Of a stretch of 64,000 nt of DNA, positions 60,829 to 64,000 are shown in pieces. The stretch's first letter is position 1; every line of letters begins with the position of its first letter. This DNA comes from Candidatus Methanoperedenaceae archaeon (GTDB taxonomy: Archaea > Halobacteriota > Methanosarcinia > Methanosarcinales > Methanoperedenaceae), in assembly GCA_963753595.1 (NCBI GenBank), contig CAVWCX010000023.1:1-64000 (forward strand), in the 5' to 3' direction. The notes under the pieces are model-generated. The model did not search any database. It was given only the letters and a program-made list of their open reading frames with translations, and was not told the DNA's origin. The translations under genes and the position numbers were made by a program.

Positions 60829-62883
60829 TTATGTACTTTTATCTTCACCGATATTGAACTTGGCAACTTCGGCCTGTAAATCTTCAGACAATTTCGCCAT
60901 TTCCTGGGCTGCATTGACAAGCTGATCCATTATTGCTGACTGCTCTTCTGCGGCTGCTGATGTTTCCTGTGTGCCTGCTGCTGATTGTTCGCTTATGGCT
61001 GATACATCCTCAACAGACGCTGTTACTTCTTCAACCGAGGCAGACTGCTCTTGTGCTGCTGCTGCTATTTCCTGTACCATGGTAGCAACATCTGCTGCCG
61101 CTTTGACGATCTCGTCTATGGCGGTCACAGTATCTGCTATGTTCTTTGCGCCTTCGCCTACTGTCTTTGTGCCCTGTTCCATGGTAGTTACAGCCTGCTT
61201 TGTGCCCTGCTGTATATCTTTTATCAGACCTGTGATCTGGTTGGCTGCGTCACGGGATTCCTCAGCAAGTTTCCTTACTTCATCAGCAACTACCGCAAAG
61301 CCTCGTCCGTGTTCTCCTGCACGTGCAGCTTCTATTGCTGCGTTTAAGGCCAGGAGGTTTGTCTGTTCTGCGATATTGGTAATGACACTGATTATTTCGC
61401 CTATCTGCTGCGATTTGCCGTCAAGCTGTTTAATTACAGTTGCTGAACCACCTACAGTTGACTGGATTTCAGACATCTTTGTGGCCACATCGCCTGACAT
61501 CTTGCCCACTTTCTGGGCAGTCACGCTGGCTGCGCCTGCGCCTTCTGCTGCCTTCTGGGAGTTGCCTGCGACCTGCTGGACGCTTTCTGACATCTCCTTC
61601 ATGGCACGGGTGATCTCTGCCATCTTGGAGGCCTGTGAGCTTACACCCGTTGCAATCTCCTGTGTGGTACTTGATATCCGGTCAGTTGAAGCTTTCATAT
61701 TTTCACTTGATCCTGAAAGTTCACGAGCCGTAGAGGCTACTTTCAATGCCGAGCTTTGCACTTTTCCGATTACGGATCTCAGGTTTTGGGTCATGGTACC
61801 CAGGGCACCGAATAACTGCCCTATCTCATCATTTGACAGGCTTTTCACCTTGACTGTCAGGTCACCTGCCGCAATTTTATTGGAGATGCGAAGCATTCTG
61901 CCAATTGGTTTTGTCAGATATCTTGAAAACCATATTCCAAGAATCGAGCCCAATACTGAAAATATTAAGATTACTATAATCAGGCCATTCCTTATTGCAT
62001 AGATCGGGGCGCTGAAATCTTCAATATAACTTCCTGAAGCTATTATCCAATCCCTGGGCTGATAGTAAGTATATGCAACTACTTTATCCCTGCCTTCCCA
62101 TGGATACTGGATATATCCTTCTTTTGTTTCAGTTATTTTCTTAATGAAATCATACTCATAGAGATTCTCTCCTTCCCTGTCCGGATGTATTATCAGGTTG
62201 CCTTTTGAGTCAATAACGTAAAGATAACCTGTTTTTCCCACAACTATGCTTTTCATCTTCTCTTTGATTTGATTTACAAATGGATCCTCGGGAATACCAA
62301 CATACAAAATACCGATTATCTTACCCGATGCATCCTTAATAGGTTCGTAAGCTGTCAGATACCATGCATTGACCACCCATGCCCTGCCGTAATATGTTTC
62401 GCCTCTAATTATAACAGCATCATAAACCGGTTTTGAAACTGTTGTTCCTACAGCGCGCGAACCATCGGTATTGATCACATTTGTGGAAATCCGGACCGCT
62501 TCCTCCCCTATCACCTGGAATACCGTTGCTGTACCCCCTACCATATTTTTAACTGAGTCTACTATCTCAAAGTTCCCGTTCAGCACATAATTGTCGCCAA
62601 GATGCATCTTGCCATTTACGATACTGGGTTTTCCCCTGGAATAGAATTGGGCTTTTGCAACTCCGAGTGAATTGTTGACAGTATTCTGTGCAAGAGAAAA
62701 TGTCATATCTACGGTATCTTTTTCCAGGCTTACCTGTTCTTCTAATTTATTCTGTATCTCTGTATATAATGAGCTTTGTGTTTCATTATAGGCGTATAAA
62801 CCTAAGATCGTCACTGGTATTATCGACAGGATTAATGCAAAAATTATAATTTTATATTTTATGCTGATGTCTTTGATTTTCAT
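60829..62883 (-). CDS. Methyl-accepting chemotaxis protein with Cache sensor domains
   Basis: TM; Cache motifs (ATVFQ...RISTNV...[16 protein letters not shown]); TM; HAMP; MCP signalling domain. Confidence 0.95.
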   Translation of the reverse strand: MKIKDISIKYKIIIFALILSIIPVTILGLYAYNETQSSLYTEIQNKLEEQVSLEKDTVDMTFSLAQNTVNNSLGVAKAQFYSRGKPSIVNGKMHLGDNYVLNGNFEIVDSVKNMVGGTATVFQVIGEEAVRISTNVINTDGSRAVGTTVSKPVYDAVIIRGETYYGRAWVVNAWYLTAYEPIKDASGKIIGILYVGIPEDPFVNQIKEKMKSIVVGKTGYLYVIDSKGNLIIHPDREGENLYEYDFIKKITETKEGYIQYPWEGRDKVVAYTYYQPRDWIIASGSYIEDFSAPIYAIRNGLIIVILIFSVLGSILGIWFSRYLTKPIGRMLRISNKIAAGDLTVKVKSLSNDEIGQLFGALGTMTQNLRSVIGKVQSSALKVASTARELSGSSENMKASTDRISSTTQEIATGVSSQASKMAEITRAMKEMSESVQQVAGNSQKAAEGAGAASVTAQKVGKMSGDVATKMSEIQSTVGGSATVIKQLDGKSQQIGEIISVITNIAEQTNLLALNAAIEAARAGEHGRGFAVVADEVRKLAEESRDAANQITGLIKDIQQGTKQAVTTMEQGTKTVGEGAKNIADTVTAIDEIVKAAADVATMVQEIAAAAQEQSASVEEVTASVEDVSAISEQSAAGTQETSAAAEEQSAIMDQLVNAAQEMAKLSEDLQAEVAKFNIGEDKST

Positions 62884-63000
62884 AATATTCGCTCGTTTGA
62901 AAAATTTTCAGTTAGATAACAAAATAAATTTACCGATTTATAAATGGATTTGTGAAAAATGTGTGAAAAAAAAGAGAAAAAAGGAAAAAAAGCAGCTTAC

Positions 63001-63519
63001 CTATGTGGTCGCTGCTGCAGCTTCTGTCGCTATGTTGTTTACGTTGTGAAGTTCGTTTGAGCTGAGTATCTTATCAAGATCAAGGAGGATTAGAAGCCTG
63101 TCTTCCATCTTGCCAACGCCTCGCACATATTCCGTGCCGATCTTATTTGCAATGACAGCCGGGGCCGGCTCAACACTGCTTTGTTGAAGGCGGATGACCT
63201 CACTCACTGAATCAACAATGAAACCCATTACTGTCTCACCGATATCAGCAACAATGATACGGGTATTTTCATTCTGTTCTTTGCTTTCCATGCCCATTAT
63301 CACATTGAGATTTATCACAACAATTATCCTGCCGCGAAGGTTGATTATGCCCTTCACATAACCAGATGCCTGCGGTATCTTTGTGATATTGGTCATACGG
63401 ATGATCTCCTGGACGTTCATGATCTCGACACCGAACTCTTCAGGGCCGATATTAAAAACGACGAGCTGAAGCTCGTCGCCAGATTTTGCTTTTGCGTCTT
63501 GTGGTTGTTTTTCAGCCAT
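63001..63519 (-). CDS. cheW: Chemotaxis coupling protein CheW
   Basis: QLVVF, VQEII, GIINLRGRII and GFIVDSVSEV motifs. Confidence 0.95.
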   Translation of the reverse strand: MAEKQPQDAKAKSGDELQLVVFNIGPEEFGVEIMNVQEIIRMTNITKIPQASGYVKGIINLRGRIIVVINLNVIMGMESKEQNENTRIIVADIGETVMGFIVDSVSEVIRLQQSSVEPAPAVIANKIGTEYVRGVGKMEDRLLILLDLDKILSSNELHNVNNIATEAAAATT

Positions 63520-63528
63520 TGCCTTCTC

Positions 63529-64000
63529 CTATTTTGTCAGGTCTTCAAGGCTTGAACCAGCTGGACTGGCCGCGACATCAGCTATTTCATCCCTGCCGGA
63601 CATACTGTCCGTTGTACTGTGTCCCTTCGTTTTCTTCTGATTGCCTTCAGGTTTGCGTTTCGAGGTCCTGGGTTCTGCAGTCTTATGTTCAATGCTGTTC
63701 AACTGGCTTGTGTTCAATAGTTTTGTGCTCAGGGGAAGGTCTATATTCGACCTTTGCCGGTTCATACCCGTGTTTTTGTTCTGTTACAGAATCATCGATT
63801 TTGAACCTGGCAACCTCTATCTGTAAGTCATTTGACAATTTTGCCATTTCCTGGGCTGCATTGACAAGCTGGTCCATAGTAGCTGCCTGCTCTTCTGCGG
63901 CTGCTGATGTTTCCTGTGTGCCCGCTGCGGATTGTTCGCTTATGGCTGATACATCTTCAACAGATGATGTTACTTCTTCAACCGATGCAGACTGCTCTTC
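63529..64000 (-). CDS. MCP C-terminal part (5' end outside the window), with a frameshift near 63695 in the tail
   Basis: MCP-like [10 protein letters not shown]...[15 protein letters not shown]; the tail resumes in another frame and ends [11 protein letters not shown] like 59084. Confidence 0.8.

Noticed and set aside
57601-62002. Long plus-strand ORFs (57601-58347, 59517-60143, 60971-62002)
   Set aside because: They are antisense shadows of MCP genes caused by codon bias. The same applies to antisense ORFs over cdc48, purL, mutL and the ABC genes.

Overview
Archaeal chromosomal window from a methanogen-related lineage. Inference: Methanosarcinales, most consistent with Ca. Methanoperedens/ANME-2d, based on mtd, ftr, mptA, futalosine-pathway mqnB/mqnD, purN-glyA-folD, mutL and PGF-CTERM proteins. 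Most genes are housekeeping: an HSR1-hsp20-cdc48 heat-shock operon, aIF1, endA, moeA, purL, queD, nreA, cgi121, an ABC exporter cluster and a tandem MCP/cheW array. The most unusual signal is at 20.35-20.64 kb. There, an 88-nt tRNA with a class II, tRNA-Ser-like body carries an Ile (GAU) anticodon. Divergent from it lies a predicted ~75-nt RNA, with its own TATA box and terminator, whose first 25 nt are almost perfectly complementary to that tRNA's anticodon and variable arm. Other candidates are a DUF3800 gene with a convergent structured RNA, a MamK/salactin-like actin coupled to an ArlD/E-domain protein, and a wHTH-MinD/ParA pair beside TGCACA palindromes and a candidate sRNA. The window also shows probable non-AUG starts, an in-frame amber codon, and several single-base frameshifts that may be assembly errors. 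All calls come from reading the sequence; no database searches were run.
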